Shown one piece after another: positions 49,725 through 60,450 of a stretch of DNA of 64,000 bases. The DNA lies in contig CAVUPH010000022.1 in assembly GCA_963743305.1 (NCBI GenBank), forward strand, positions 32,001 through 96,000, read 5' to 3'. Origin of the DNA: an uncultured delta proteobacterium (GTDB lineage: Bacteria > Desulfobacterota > RBG-13-43-22). How positions within the stretch are numbered: position 1 is the first letter of the stretch; each line of letters begins with the position of its first letter. The position numbers were made by a program, and so were the translations under genes. A model generated the notes under the pieces. The model had not been told where the DNA came from. It saw only the letters and a program-made list of their open reading frames with translations, and did no database searches.

Positions 49725-52160
49725 ATGAAGGTGAAAAATGGGGTTAAGGAGAACATCGCCGTGGAAACGGAGAAGAGGAATAAAACGGACAAGCCGTTGT
49801 CGCCCGATCTGCTGCGAAAGATGAACGCCTACTGGCGCGCCGCCAACTATCTATCGGTCGGCCAGATTTATCTTTACGACAATCCGTTGCTGAAGCAGCC
49901 GCTGAAACTGTCGCACGTCAAGCCGCTGGTGGTCGGACACTGGGGCACGACGCCGGGTCAGAACTTCATCTACGTGCACCTGAACCGGGTCATCAAGAAG
50001 TATGACCTCAATATGATTTACATTGCCGGTCCCGGTCACGGCGGCCCGGCGATTGTGGGCAACGTCTACCTCGAAGGCACCTGGAGTGAGATTTATCCGA
50101 ACGTCACCCAGGATGAAGCCGGGCTGAAAAAGCTGTTCACGCAGTTCTCGTTTCCCGGCGGGATTTCCAGCCACGTTGCGCCGACCACGCCAGGCTCGAT
50201 TCACGAAGGCGGCGAGCTGGGGTACTCGCTCAGCCATGCCTTCGGGGCCGCCTTCGACAATCCCGATCTGATTGTCGCCTGCGTCGTCGGCGACGGTGAA
50301 GCGGAAACGGGTCCCTTGGCGACCGCCTGGCAGTCCAACAAGTTTCTCAACCCGATCACCGACGGGGCCGTGCTGCCGATCCTGCACCTCAATGGCTACA
50401 AGATCAGCAACCCGACCGTGCTGGCCCGCATCGAGGCCTGAGGAACTGGATCAATTTTTTCGAGGCTGCGGTTGGACGCCCTACTTTGTGGAAGGCGATG
50501 ACCCGGAAAAGATGCATCAACTCATGGCCGTCATCTTGGATAAGGCCATCGAGGAGATTCGGCACATCCAAAGCCAGGCCCGGAACAAGAACGACACCAC
50601 TCGGCCGCGGTGGCCCATGATCGTCCTGAGGTCACCCAAGGGCTGGACCGGACCGAAAGTCGTCGATGGCCTGCAGGTTGAAGGCACCTTTCGAGCCCAC
50701 CAGGTGCCGATCCTGGTGGATCCCCAGCATCCCGATCATCTCAAGCAGCTGGAAGACTGGCTGAAGAGCTACAAGGCCGGAGGAATTATTCGACAAAAAG
50801 GGTCGACTCAGGCCGGAGCTGGCCGAGCTGGCGCCGAAAGGCGACCGGCGGATGGGCGCCAATCCCCACGCCAACGGCGGCCTTCTGCTGCGCGACCTGC
50901 GCATGCCGGATTTCCATGCCCACGCGGTGAAGGTGCCTTCGCCCGGCGCCGTTGTCGGGCAGGATACGCTTGTGCTGGGCAGTTCCTGCGGGATGTGGTA
51001 AAACTGAACAGGATCAACGGAATTTCCGGGTCTTCGGTCCCGACGAGACGCTCTCCAATGTCCTGGACGCGGTCTTTGAAGTGACCAAACGTCAGTGGGA
51101 CGCCCGAGTCGTAAAGAATGACGAATTCCTCGCGCCGGCCGGACGGGTGCTGGATCGATGCTCAGCGAGCACCAGTGCGAGGGTTGGCTGGAGGGTTATC
51201 TGCTCACCGGACGGCACGGGTTGTTCAATTGCTACGAGGCCTTCATTCACATCATCGATTCGATGTTCAACCAGCACGCCAAGTGGCTGAAGGTTACCGC
51301 GGAACTTCCCTGGCGGCGGAAGATCGCCTCGCTGAACTATCTGCTGGCCTCCCACGTCTGGCAGCAGGATCATAACGGATTCACCCACCAGGATCCCGGT
51401 TTCATCGATCACGTCGTGAACAAGAAGGCCGATATCGTGCGGGTTTATCTGCCGCCGGACGCCAACTGCCTGTTGTCGGTCATGGATCACTGCCTGCGCA
51501 GCCGCCATTATGTCAATGTGGTCATCGCCGGGAAAGCACGCGCTGCCCGCAATGGTTGACGATGGACGCCGCCGTCAACCATTGCACCGAGGGCATCGGC
51601 ATCTGGTCCTGGGCCAGCAACGACCAGGGCGCTTCGCCCGACGTGGTGATGGCTTGCTGTGGCGACGTGCCTACTCTGGAGACGCTCGCCGCCGTCTCCC
51701 TGATGCGCGCGCATCTGCCCGACCTGAAAATCCGGGTGATTAATGTCGTCGATCTCATGAAGCTCCAGCCGCAAAGCGAACACCCCCATGGGTTAAGCGA
51801 CATGGATTTTGACGAACTCTTTACCAAGGACAAGCCGGTCGTCTTCGCCTTCCATGGCTACCCCTGGCTGATCCACCGGCTGACCTACCGCCGTACCAAT
51901 CACGCAACATTCACGTCCGCGGCTACAAGGAAGAAGGAACCATCACCACGCCTTTCGACATGACGGTTTTGAACGATCTGGACCGCTTCCATTTGGTGAT
52001 GGACACCATCGACCGTCTGCCGCAGACCGGCGACCAGGGCATCTACTTGAAGCAGCAGTTCAAGGACAAGCTTATCGAACACAAGCAATACATCGACAAA
52101 TACGGCGAGGACCTGCCGGAGATTCGGAACTGGAAGTGGGGTGCGTCCACCGCAGGCTAA
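49725..52160 (+). CDS. xfp: Xylulose-5-P/fructose-6-P phosphoketolase, at least seven frameshifts (errors or pseudogene)
   Basis: [62 protein letters not shown] across consecutive frames. Confidence 0.9.
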
Positions 52161-52400
52161 ACGACGGAATAGAGAGTTGACGGCACGCCGGGCTGTTCTC
52201 CACCGAAGCGACCTGGTTGAGTTCCCTCGGTTGTCCTCTAAGTGGGCGGGTCAGTCGAGCGAGAGCTTTGGACGGACAGGAGAAGTCCATGAACCCAGCT
52301 TTTAAACATTTTTGAAAGGAGATGATGTGCCGTGATAGATAAGGATTAGATGGTATGGGAGCCCGATAAAAATATTTATCCAAGAAAGGAGAGCTTTAAA

Positions 52401-53783
52401 ATGAAGCTACAAAAGAAGTACCGTTTAGCGTTAATCGCGATCTGCATTCTGAGTGTCGCGGGGGCCGCCACTGCAGTTGTCTCTGCGCAGCAGGGGAAGG
52501 TTGTCTCCAGCTATGGACCGACGAACCAGGACGTCACCTTCGACCAAATTAAAGCCGCGCGCATGGCCGTGAAAGCTGAGCGGGCTAAACAGCACCTGGA
52601 ATTGCTGAACTCCCGGTATAACCTTTCAAAGAAAAACACTGCCGAGTCCGTTATGTCAGGGGGAAAATCCCTCCCCGTGGGACCGACAGCCAAACTTCAA
52701 GGGGTAACGTGGGAGCAACTTGGTAAAATGACCCCTGAACAGATCAAGGAGAAGGGTGTTTTCCCATACAAGCCCCTACCCTTTGCAGACCACGCGGAAG
52801 GGGGCATGCTCTTCCCGGAGATGATCACGAAACCACTGCCACGGTTGGTTCGCTTCGACTTGGATTTCGACCTGCCGGAACATATCCTGCCGGACCCGGC
52901 CCCAGCAATTTACCTGACCACCCGGCCTGACCTCGGTGATGTGGCCAAAGGGCGTCTGATTACCATCGACAACTACTACGAGATTTTCAACGGTATCCTG
53001 AACCCCAAGCAGCTTGAGGGTCTGCGCCTTCTCGTGACCCAGTTTCCGCAACAGCAATTTAACGCGACGGAAGACCGCCGGACCGACAGGCCCAGCTTGG
53101 GCGTAACCTGCTTCGACTGTCATGCCAACGGCCATACCAACGGGGCGAATCATCTGGTGGGGGACATTCGCCCGCAGGAATTCAGGCATCGTATCGAAAC
53201 GCCTTCCTTGCGGGGTGTGAACATCCAGCGGCTATTCGGTTCACAGCGCGCTTTGAAGACAGTGGAGGATTTCACGGAGTTTGAACAGCGAGCCGCCTAT
53301 TTTGATGGCGATATCTGTATGGCCGCCAAGAAGGGGGTGAACATTCTGGAAAGGGGATCGCAAGTGCATTTCATGGCGGAATTCCTGGCGATCCTTGATT
53401 TTCCTCCGGCGCCCAAGCTCAATATCTACGGCGAACTCGACCGGACCAAGGCTAGCGCAAGTGAATTAAGCGGTGAGACCCTTTTTAACGGGAAAGCTCG
53501 ATGCGCCGCCTGCCATTCTGCCCCTTATTATACCGACAACAGCATGCATAACCTCAGAGCGGAGCGGTTTTACAGGCAGGAGTTGGTCAATGGTATGATG
53601 ATGGCCCACGACGGGCCCATTAAGACCTTTCCTTTGAGAGGCATCAAGGATTCCCCGCCCTATCTACATGACGGGCGGTGCTTCACCCTTGAGGATACGG
53701 TGGAATATTTCAACCTGGTGCAGCAACTCCAATTGACCGCCAAGGAAAAGAGCGACATCGTTGCCTTCTTAAGGTCTTTGTAG
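52401..53783 (+). CDS. Secreted di-heme cytochrome c (CcP/MauG superfamily-like)
   Basis: Signal peptide, CFDCH and CAACH, TPSLRG, PPYLHDG. Confidence 0.85.
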   Translation: MKLQKKYRLALIAICILSVAGAATAVVSAQQGKVVSSYGPTNQDVTFDQIKAARMAVKAERAKQHLELLNSRYNLSKKNTAESVMSGGKSLPVGPTAKLQGVTWEQLGKMTPEQIKEKGVFPYKPLPFADHAEGGMLFPEMITKPLPRLVRFDLDFDLPEHILPDPAPAIYLTTRPDLGDVAKGRLITIDNYYEIFNGILNPKQLEGLRLLVTQFPQQQFNATEDRRTDRPSLGVTCFDCHANGHTNGANHLVGDIRPQEFRHRIETPSLRGVNIQRLFGSQRALKTVEDFTEFEQRAAYFDGDICMAAKKGVNILERGSQVHFMAEFLAILDFPPAPKLNIYGELDRTKASASELSGETLFNGKARCAACHSAPYYTDNSMHNLRAERFYRQELVNGMMMAHDGPIKTFPLRGIKDSPPYLHDGRCFTLEDTVEYFNLVQQLQLTAKEKSDIVAFLRSL

Positions 53784-53931
53784 GGCTGGTTCGCGGTGAT
53801 TTGCATGAAGGGTGCTGGGCAGTACAAGGAGGGGATACAATAAGAAAGGGGGTGGTCAAGGATATGATAGTCAATCCGACTCAAGTCACGTCCTAACTAT
53901 GAACATAACCAGAATCAAAGGAGGATTAACC

Positions 53932-54447
53932 ATGTCAAAGGGAAATGTGGCTGTGGCTATATTCAATACTCACGTCGAGGCCGAAAATGCCGTGAAGGAA
54001 TTGCAGAAATCAGGTTTTGATATGAAGAAACTGTCCATCGTGGGCAAAGATTATCACACGGAGGAACAGGTGGTCGGCTACTACCAAATGGGTGACCGCA
54101 TGAAGTACTGGGGCAAAATGGGCGCCTTTTGGGGCGGCCTGTGGGGTATTTTATTCGGTGCCGCCTTCTTCTGGATTCCCGGAATTGGTCCGCTTGTCGT
54201 AGCCGGCCCGCTCGTTTCCTCCATTATTGGAGGATTGGAGGGTGCTGTAGCCGTTGGAGGGTTAACTGCCCTTGGGGCAGGGCTTTACAGCATTGGGATT
54301 CCAAAGGACAGCATTATCAATTATGAATCCTCCATCAAGTCCGACAAGTTTCTGCTGGTGGTTCATGGATCTGGGGATGAGCTGGCTAGGGCCAAGGATA
54401 TTCTGAAAAGCGCCGGCCACGAGGTGTCCGTTCATTCTCCAAGTTAG
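53932..54447 (+). CDS. General stress protein (YflT/DUF1269-like membrane protein)
   Basis: AIF..H.EAE.AVKELQKSGF...LSIVGKD, glycine zipper, IPGIGP; AAAGGAGG RBS. Confidence 0.85.
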   Translation: MSKGNVAVAIFNTHVEAENAVKELQKSGFDMKKLSIVGKDYHTEEQVVGYYQMGDRMKYWGKMGAFWGGLWGILFGAAFFWIPGIGPLVVAGPLVSSIIGGLEGAVAVGGLTALGAGLYSIGIPKDSIINYESSIKSDKFLLVVHGSGDELARAKDILKSAGHEVSVHSPS

Positions 54448-54816
54448 AAATGATCGTTCCGGTGCCTATTCTATTGCCGGAGCTGTCCGACCGATGGGGA
54501 GGAAGCTCCGGCCAACCCGAGAAAAGGCCCCTATCTTTTAGGGGCCTGAATCATAGAGGTATTTGAAACGAGAAAAGGCGACTCTTTTTCAGCATTGACC
54601 TTCATCGTAATCCTCGGCCATGGTGTAGGATTAGCCTTTTCCAGGTATAGCGCAACGACTGACCTGGAAAGCGCCTCCAAAACATCAAACAGCAGTTTGG
54701 GGGGTTCGGGCCAGCAGATGCTGGAGTCCGAGGAAATGGTCCGGGCGCTCCATCCAGGATACCGTGATAAAGTGTGAATCAGCGTGCTGGCGAATATCGA
54801 GAATGGAGAGGAAGAT

Positions 54817-57261
54817 ATGGCAATTGAAAAAGGGATTTCCAAGGATCTAAAAGTCAAAAGCACATCAGACTATAAGAACATCTCCTTGGAGGAGATCGTT
54901 AAATTCCTGGGAACCTCCATGGACGGTCTTTCCGAGTCAGAAGCCGGAAAACGCGTCGAGGTATTCGGGTATAATGAAATACTCGAGAAGAAAAAGAATC
55001 TTTTTCTTGAATTCTTGTTGCGCTACTGGGGGCCCATGCCGTGGCTGCTGGAGCTGGCGATGGGGCTTTCAATCGTGCTGAGACATTACCTGGAAGGAAT
55101 AATCATCTTTGTGTTGCTCACGGTGAACGCCGTCATCGGCCACCTCCATTCACGCGGTTCGCAAAAAGCGGTCGAACTCCTTAAAAAGAAGCTGGCGATA
55201 AAAGCGAAGATAGTACGGAACGGGAAATGGCTCATAAAGGACGCGAAGGAGATCGTGCCCGGAGACCTCATCATCGTCGGCCTCGGGGATATTGTGCCGG
55301 CTGATGCCGTGATGGTGAGCGGAGAGATTTCAATGGATCAGTCAGCGCTCACCGGGGAATCCCTGCCAGTAGAGGCACACCGATCGGACATACTCTACTC
55401 CAGCTCCGTCGTCAAGCGTGGGGAAGCCCGGTGTGTTATTGTCAATACCGGTGCGAATACGTACTTCGGCAAAACAACGGAATTGGTCAAAACAGCAAAG
55501 CCGAATTCCCATCAAGAGCAAGTGATGATGGCGGTGGTCAAATATATGATGTACCTGGGGATAGCCGCCTCAATCTTGGTTTCATTGTATGCGGTGGTGA
55601 TGCATTTAAGTCTACTACTGATACTGACCTTCGCCGTAATCTTCCTCATGGGTGCAGTTCCAGTGGCCCTTCCGGCCGTTCTGACCATAGTCCAGTCAGT
55701 TGGCGCCCTGGAGCTTGCCAAAAAAGGAGCGCTGGTAACCAGACTCGATTCAATCGAGGATGCCGCTTCGATTGACATTCTCTGCTTTGATAAGACCGGG
55801 ACGATAACCCAGAACCGATTGTCAGTTGCCGAAAGCATACCATTCTCCGGGCAGACGAAAGAGGAGGTCATCACCACCGCCGCGCTGGCATCGCAAGAAG
55901 AAGGCCTGGACGTCATCGATCTGGCGGTTCTCGAATATGCCAAAAGCACGGGCGTTGATTTCAACGCCTACCAGCGGATTTCTCATACACCTTTTGATCC
56001 GTCGACTAAGAGGACCGAGGCGATCATCGGAGTCGGCGCAGCGCGTTTCAAAGCGGTTAAAGGCGCGCCACAGATAGTCCTCTCCCTATGCCGGGAAATC
56101 GATAAGGACGACTTGGCCAAGGCAGACAGGATGATAGGCGAGCTTTCCCGGAAAGGATACCGAACGATAGCCCTCGCCCGTTCGGAAGGCAGCGATCTGG
56201 ATAGACTTAAACTGGTCGGATTGCTGGCCCTCTCTGACCCGCTCAGGCCGGACTCAAAAAACATGATAGAACAGGCACGAAAGCTGGGAGTAAGGCCAAT
56301 AATGCTGACCGGCGATAATATGTCCATAGCTAAGGAGATAGCCCTTCAGGTGGGGATCGGCGGTAACATTATCCGGATGGCGGATATCGAGGGTTTGAGT
56401 CCTGACGAACAGGTAAAGGTTGTGGGAGAAAGTGATGGGTTTGCCGAGATATATCCTGAAGACAAGTACAAAATCGTCAAACTCTTGCAATCCAGGGGCC
56501 ACATGGTAGGGATGACCGGTGACGGCGTGAATGATGCGCCGGCGCTGAAGCAGGCGGAGATGGGGATAGCCGTGAGTAATGCAACCGATGTGGCCAAGGC
56601 TTCCGCGAGTGTGGTTCTCACCGAACCGGGGATCGGCGTCATTATCAACGCCATAACCATCAGCCGGCAAACCTATCAGCGAATGCTGACCTGGGTCATC
56701 AATAAGGTTACGAAGGTCATAGAATTTGTCGGCCTTCTGACCCTGACCTTTTTCTGGCTCCATGACATTGTGCTCTCTCTCCTGGGGATGTCGCTGCTGG
56801 TATTTGCAAACGATTTCGTGACCATGTCTCTGGCGACGGACAATGTAAAGCATACCCCGAATCCTAATCAGTGGAATGTGAAAAATATTACTCTGGCCTC
56901 CCTCATTCCGGGAATACTGCTGGTTGTAGAAGGTTTGATAGTCATATTCATTGGCAAGAATTATTTTCATCTCGAAGGGGAAAAACTGCGAACCCTGGTC
57001 ATGCTTAATCTTATATTCAACAGTCAGTTCAGGGTCCTGATCGTGAGGGAGAGACGGCATTTCTGGTCGTCGCTCCCGGGAAGGGAACTGCTTATCCTGA
57101 GCACGGCGACGATAATCGGGTTTGCATTGATGGGCCTATACGGCGTCCTGGTCCCGTCCTTGACATGGAATCAGGTTCTTATGGTTCTGGGATTTTCGAC
57201 GCTGTTTACGCTGGGTATAGATTTCCCTAAATACTATCTTTTCAAAAGATTCGGATTATGA
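54817..57261 (+). CDS. P-type ATPase, type IIIA (plasma-membrane H+-ATPase-like)
   Basis: WGPMPW, LTGES, AVPVALP, DKTGT, KGAP, TGDGVNDAPALK, M6 FAND. Confidence 0.9.
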   Translation: MAIEKGISKDLKVKSTSDYKNISLEEIVKFLGTSMDGLSESEAGKRVEVFGYNEILEKKKNLFLEFLLRYWGPMPWLLELAMGLSIVLRHYLEGIIIFVLLTVNAVIGHLHSRGSQKAVELLKKKLAIKAKIVRNGKWLIKDAKEIVPGDLIIVGLGDIVPADAVMVSGEISMDQSALTGESLPVEAHRSDILYSSSVVKRGEARCVIVNTGANTYFGKTTELVKTAKPNSHQEQVMMAVVKYMMYLGIAASILVSLYAVVMHLSLLLILTFAVIFLMGAVPVALPAVLTIVQSVGALELAKKGALVTRLDSIEDAASIDILCFDKTGTITQNRLSVAESIPFSGQTKEEVITTAALASQEEGLDVIDLAVLEYAKSTGVDFNAYQRISHTPFDPSTKRTEAIIGVGAARFKAVKGAPQIVLSLCREIDKDDLAKADRMIGELSRKGYRTIALARSEGSDLDRLKLVGLLALSDPLRPDSKNMIEQARKLGVRPIMLTGDNMSIAKEIALQVGIGGNIIRMADIEGLSPDEQVKVVGESDGFAEIYPEDKYKIVKLLQSRGHMVGMTGDGVNDAPALKQAEMGIAVSNATDVAKASASVVLTEPGIGVIINAITISRQTYQRMLTWVINKVTKVIEFVGLLTLTFFWLHDIVLSLLGMSLLVFANDFVTMSLATDNVKHTPNPNQWNVKNITLASLIPGILLVVEGLIVIFIGKNYFHLEGEKLRTLVMLNLIFNSQFRVLIVRERRHFWSSLPGRELLILSTATIIGFALMGLYGVLVPSLTWNQVLMVLGFSTLFTLGIDFPKYYLFKRFGL

Positions 57262-57270
57262 ATAGGAGAA

Positions 57271-57720
57271 ATGATGCGCATAGGCCTAGCTGCAGACCAT
57301 GGCGGGTTAGCGTTGAAAGTTCAACTGACCGCGGCCCTCAAGGACGCCGGTCAGGAGGTGATGGACTTCGGCGCCCATGAGTTGGAACCCGGAGATGACT
57401 ACCCGGATTTTGTGGTGCCCCTGGCCAGGGCGGTGGCGAGGGGTGAGGTCACCCGCGGCCTGGCCATCTGCGGCAGCGGGGTGGGGGCTTGCGTGGCGGC
57501 CAACAAGGTGCCTGGCGTACGGGCAGCTTTGATCACGGATTCCTTCTCCGCCCATCAGGGGGTAGAGGATGACGACATGAACGTCATGTGTCTGGGCGGT
57601 CGGGTCACCGGACAAGCCCTCTCCTGGGATTTGGTTCAGATCTTCCTGAACGCCCATTTCAAAGGGGGCGAACGGTTCAGGCGCCGTCTGGCGAAAGTGG
57701 CGGCGTTGGAAAGGATCTGA
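57271..57720 (+). CDS. rpiB: Ribose-5-phosphate isomerase B
   Basis: ADHGG, DYPD, CGSGVG, ANKVPGVRA, RF.RR. Confidence 0.93.
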   Translation: MMRIGLAADHGGLALKVQLTAALKDAGQEVMDFGAHELEPGDDYPDFVVPLARAVARGEVTRGLAICGSGVGACVAANKVPGVRAALITDSFSAHQGVEDDDMNVMCLGGRVTGQALSWDLVQIFLNAHFKGGERFRRRLAKVAALERI

Positions 57721-57803
57721 GCGGGACAAAAGGTTCCGAAACTCACGAAAACTGCGGCAGAGCAAAGAATCGAATCACGCCAAACTAAGTTAGGGGGAGG
57801 AAG

Positions 57804-57991
57804 ATGAAAAAATAATGATTGTTTTGGCGAATTTGTTTGTTTTGAGTCATTCCGCATTTGCCCAGATGGGCAACGGTTATGGTGGCGGCCTGATGGGTGG
57901 CCATTGGGGATGGGGAATGGGCTATGGAGGGGGTTTTGGGATCATTATTGCGATTCTCGTTATTTTTGGTATCATCTATATGCTGGAATGA
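57804..57991 (+). CDS. Small Gly-rich membrane protein (ATG 57804 needs one extra A; open from ATG 57815)
   Basis: GGAGG RBS; MIVLANLFVLSHSAFA-QMGNGYGGGLMGGHWGWGMGYGGGFGIIIAILVIFGIIYMLE. Confidence 0.6.
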
Positions 57992-58261
57992 TGAGTTGAG
58001 ATAACGTACCGAAATGGAAACCATTTTAGTTTTGCTCTTCGAGGCGGCGCTTTAAGTCGAGTTCAAACAATTCTGGCGTAACCGCCTCACCAGGAAAAGT
58101 TGCTCGCGGATATCGACGGGCAGTTGCTGCGTCTCGAATCGGGAGAAACGGAAGCGTCCAACGAGCAACACCCGCCCCCGGACGGCGCCCCTAGACCGAA
58201 CCCGGGGGGGATAGTTGAACGTGAAAACCGGACTAACGAACGGGATAATGAAAGGAGTACT

Positions 58262-60196
58262 ATGCCCATCAAAAAATTGAAAGAAACAATGGATAAATTG
58301 AAGGACCAGCTTCGTTCGCTCTTCAACCCCCAGGACCCCCAGAAAAAGCAGAACGCCCTGCCCCCTAAGGCGCATTTCAGCATCTGGTATTTTCTGATCG
58401 TTTTCCTATTATTTAGTTTCGTCCAACAATACTTTCTTTCTGGAAAAGTGGAGACCATCCCTTACAGCCAATTTAAGCAATACCTGGCCGAGGGGACCGT
58501 AGTTAAACTGACCATCGGCCCGGATAACATCAACGGAACGCTGAAAGGAAAAGAAAAAAAGCCGGGGCAGGAGTTCACCACGATTCGGGTGAACGATCCC
58601 GACCTGGTGAAAGATCTGGACGCGCATAAGGTCAATTACTCCGGACACTATGAGAGTAAATTCCTGAGCGGTCTTCTTTCCTGGATTATTCCCATCGGCA
58701 TTTTTTTCCTGATCTGGCGATTCGCCATGAAAAAGATGGGGCCGGGGATGGGGGTCATGTCTTTTAGCAAGAGCAAAGCCAAGCTTTTCGCCCAGAACGA
58801 AACCCAGATCACTTTCGCCGATGTCGCCGGGATCGACGAGGCCAAGGAAGAACTTCAGGAAGTCGTGGAGTTTTTGAAGAGCCCCGGGAAGTTCCAAAAG
58901 CTGGGAGGGAAAATTCCGAAAGGCGTACTCCTGCTCGGCGCACCCGGAACGGGAAAGACCCTTCTGGCCAAGGCGGTGGCCGGAGAGGCCCAAGTCCCTT
59001 TCTTCAGCATCAGCGGGTCTGAGTTCGTGGAGATGTTCGTCGGCGTGGGCGCGGCGCGCGTTCGCGATCTGTTTTCACAGGCCACCAGCCAGGCCCCCTG
59101 CATCATCTTCATCGATGAATTGGACGCTTTGGGGAAGGCCCGGGGAATGAATGTCATGGGTGGGCATGACGAACAGGAGCAGACGCTCAATCAGCTCCTG
59201 GTGGAGATGGATGGATTCGAAACGAACAAGGGGGTCATCATCATGGCCGCCACCAACCGACCCGAAATCCTGGATCCAGCCTTGTTGCGTCCGGGACGGT
59301 TTGACCGACAGATCCTGGTCGATCGCCCGGATATTAACGGCCGGGAGGCCATCCTGAAGATCCATTCCCGAAGCGTACTTTTAGGTCCCGATGTCGATCT
59401 CCGTTTGGTCGCCGGCCGCACTTCGGGTTTTGTGGGAGCCGACTTGGCCAACCTGATCAATGAAGCCGCCCTCCTGGCCGCCCGGAAAAACAAAGAATTG
59501 GTCGAGATGACGGATTTCGACGAGGCCATCGATCGGGTGGTTGGAGGTCTGCAGAAAAAGAACCGGGTGATGAACGCCCAGGAAAAAGAAATCGTTGCCT
59601 TTCATGAGTCCGGTCACGCGATTGTGGCTGAATCGGTCGACCATGCCGACCCGGTGGCCAAAATCTCCATTATCCCTCGCGGGATCGCGGCCCTTGGCTA
59701 TACCCAACAGCAACCCACCGAGGATCGCTATTTGATGACTCGCCCGGAACTGCTGGACCGACTGGCTGTTTTTTTAGGAGGGCGGGTGGCGGAGGAGCTG
59801 GTTTTCGGAGAAATCTCCACCGGAGCCCAAAATGATCTGCAGCGGGCTACCGACATGGCCCGTTCCATGGTCGCGGAATACGGCATGAGCGATCGCCTGG
59901 GACTGGTGACCTATGAGCGCCCCCGTCAGCCGATGTTCCTTCCGGGAAATTATCCTTCTCAGAAAACCTATAGCGAAGCGAAAGCATCCCAAATTGATGA
60001 TGAGGTCGCCCGTGTCCTCGAGGAAGCCCATCAAAGAGTCCAGGGAATCCTCTCCGGGCGGCGTCCGATCCTGGATGAATTGGCCCATCTCCTTTCGCAG
60101 AAGGAAATTGTTCAGGGGGCAGAGCTCAGAGAGATGTTGGCCAAGGCCTCATCCAAACCCTTGACTCTTCTGCCGGAGACCACGGAGCCTTCTTAA
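58262..60196 (+). CDS. ftsH: ATP-dependent zinc metalloprotease FtsH
   Basis: Two TMs, [31 protein letters not shown]; AAAGGAG RBS before 58262. Confidence 0.96.
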   Translation: MPIKKLKETMDKLKDQLRSLFNPQDPQKKQNALPPKAHFSIWYFLIVFLLFSFVQQYFLSGKVETIPYSQFKQYLAEGTVVKLTIGPDNINGTLKGKEKKPGQEFTTIRVNDPDLVKDLDAHKVNYSGHYESKFLSGLLSWIIPIGIFFLIWRFAMKKMGPGMGVMSFSKSKAKLFAQNETQITFADVAGIDEAKEELQEVVEFLKSPGKFQKLGGKIPKGVLLLGAPGTGKTLLAKAVAGEAQVPFFSISGSEFVEMFVGVGAARVRDLFSQATSQAPCIIFIDELDALGKARGMNVMGGHDEQEQTLNQLLVEMDGFETNKGVIIMAATNRPEILDPALLRPGRFDRQILVDRPDINGREAILKIHSRSVLLGPDVDLRLVAGRTSGFVGADLANLINEAALLAARKNKELVEMTDFDEAIDRVVGGLQKKNRVMNAQEKEIVAFHESGHAIVAESVDHADPVAKISIIPRGIAALGYTQQQPTEDRYLMTRPELLDRLAVFLGGRVAEELVFGEISTGAQNDLQRATDMARSMVAEYGMSDRLGLVTYERPRQPMFLPGNYPSQKTYSEAKASQIDDEVARVLEEAHQRVQGILSGRRPILDELAHLLSQKEIVQGAELREMLAKASSKPLTLLPETTEPS

Positions 60197-60291
60197 AACC
60201 CCAGGACAAAATGGGTTGAGGCCGCCTCAATCCGAGAGACTTTTGGCTCGAAAAGCTGGTTTTGTATTAAGTTCGAATCTCCCATACGCTT

Positions 60292-60326
60292 CCCTCCATA
60301 TCTGGAGGTTCCGCCAAATATGGAGG
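60292..60326 (+). promoter_or_regulatory. Tandem palindromic enhancer (UAS), copy 4
   Basis: CCCTCCATATCTGGAGG-TT-CCGCCAAATATGGAGG. Confidence 0.82.
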
Positions 60327-60421
60327 CCTGGCCGCAAGTTCAAACGCGACTGCCTTTCGCACCTATCTACTTAACATACTGTTTTCAATAGATGTTTCCA
60401 TGTCCGGCCAATCTCCGGTTG

Positions 60422-60438
60422 TTGGCAACCTCTTTGCA
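60422..60438 (+). promoter_or_regulatory. sigma54 promoter, copy 4
   Basis: TTGGcaacctctTTGCA, GG-N10-GC, 97 nt after UAS. Confidence 0.85.
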
Positions 60439-60450
60439 ATTGCTGACCTT

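Noticed and set aside
58060-58200. Possible remnant of a Na+/H+ antiporter C-terminus (EKLLADIDGQLLRLESG) or FtsH N-terminal extension
   Set aside because: Too short to support from memory; FtsH has a good RBS at 58262
15586-60326. The 35-bp repeats as CRISPR repeats or IS ends
   Set aside because: Dispersed over 45 kb, with no spacers, cas genes, transposase or target duplications; fixed distance to -24/-12 boxes fits an enhancer
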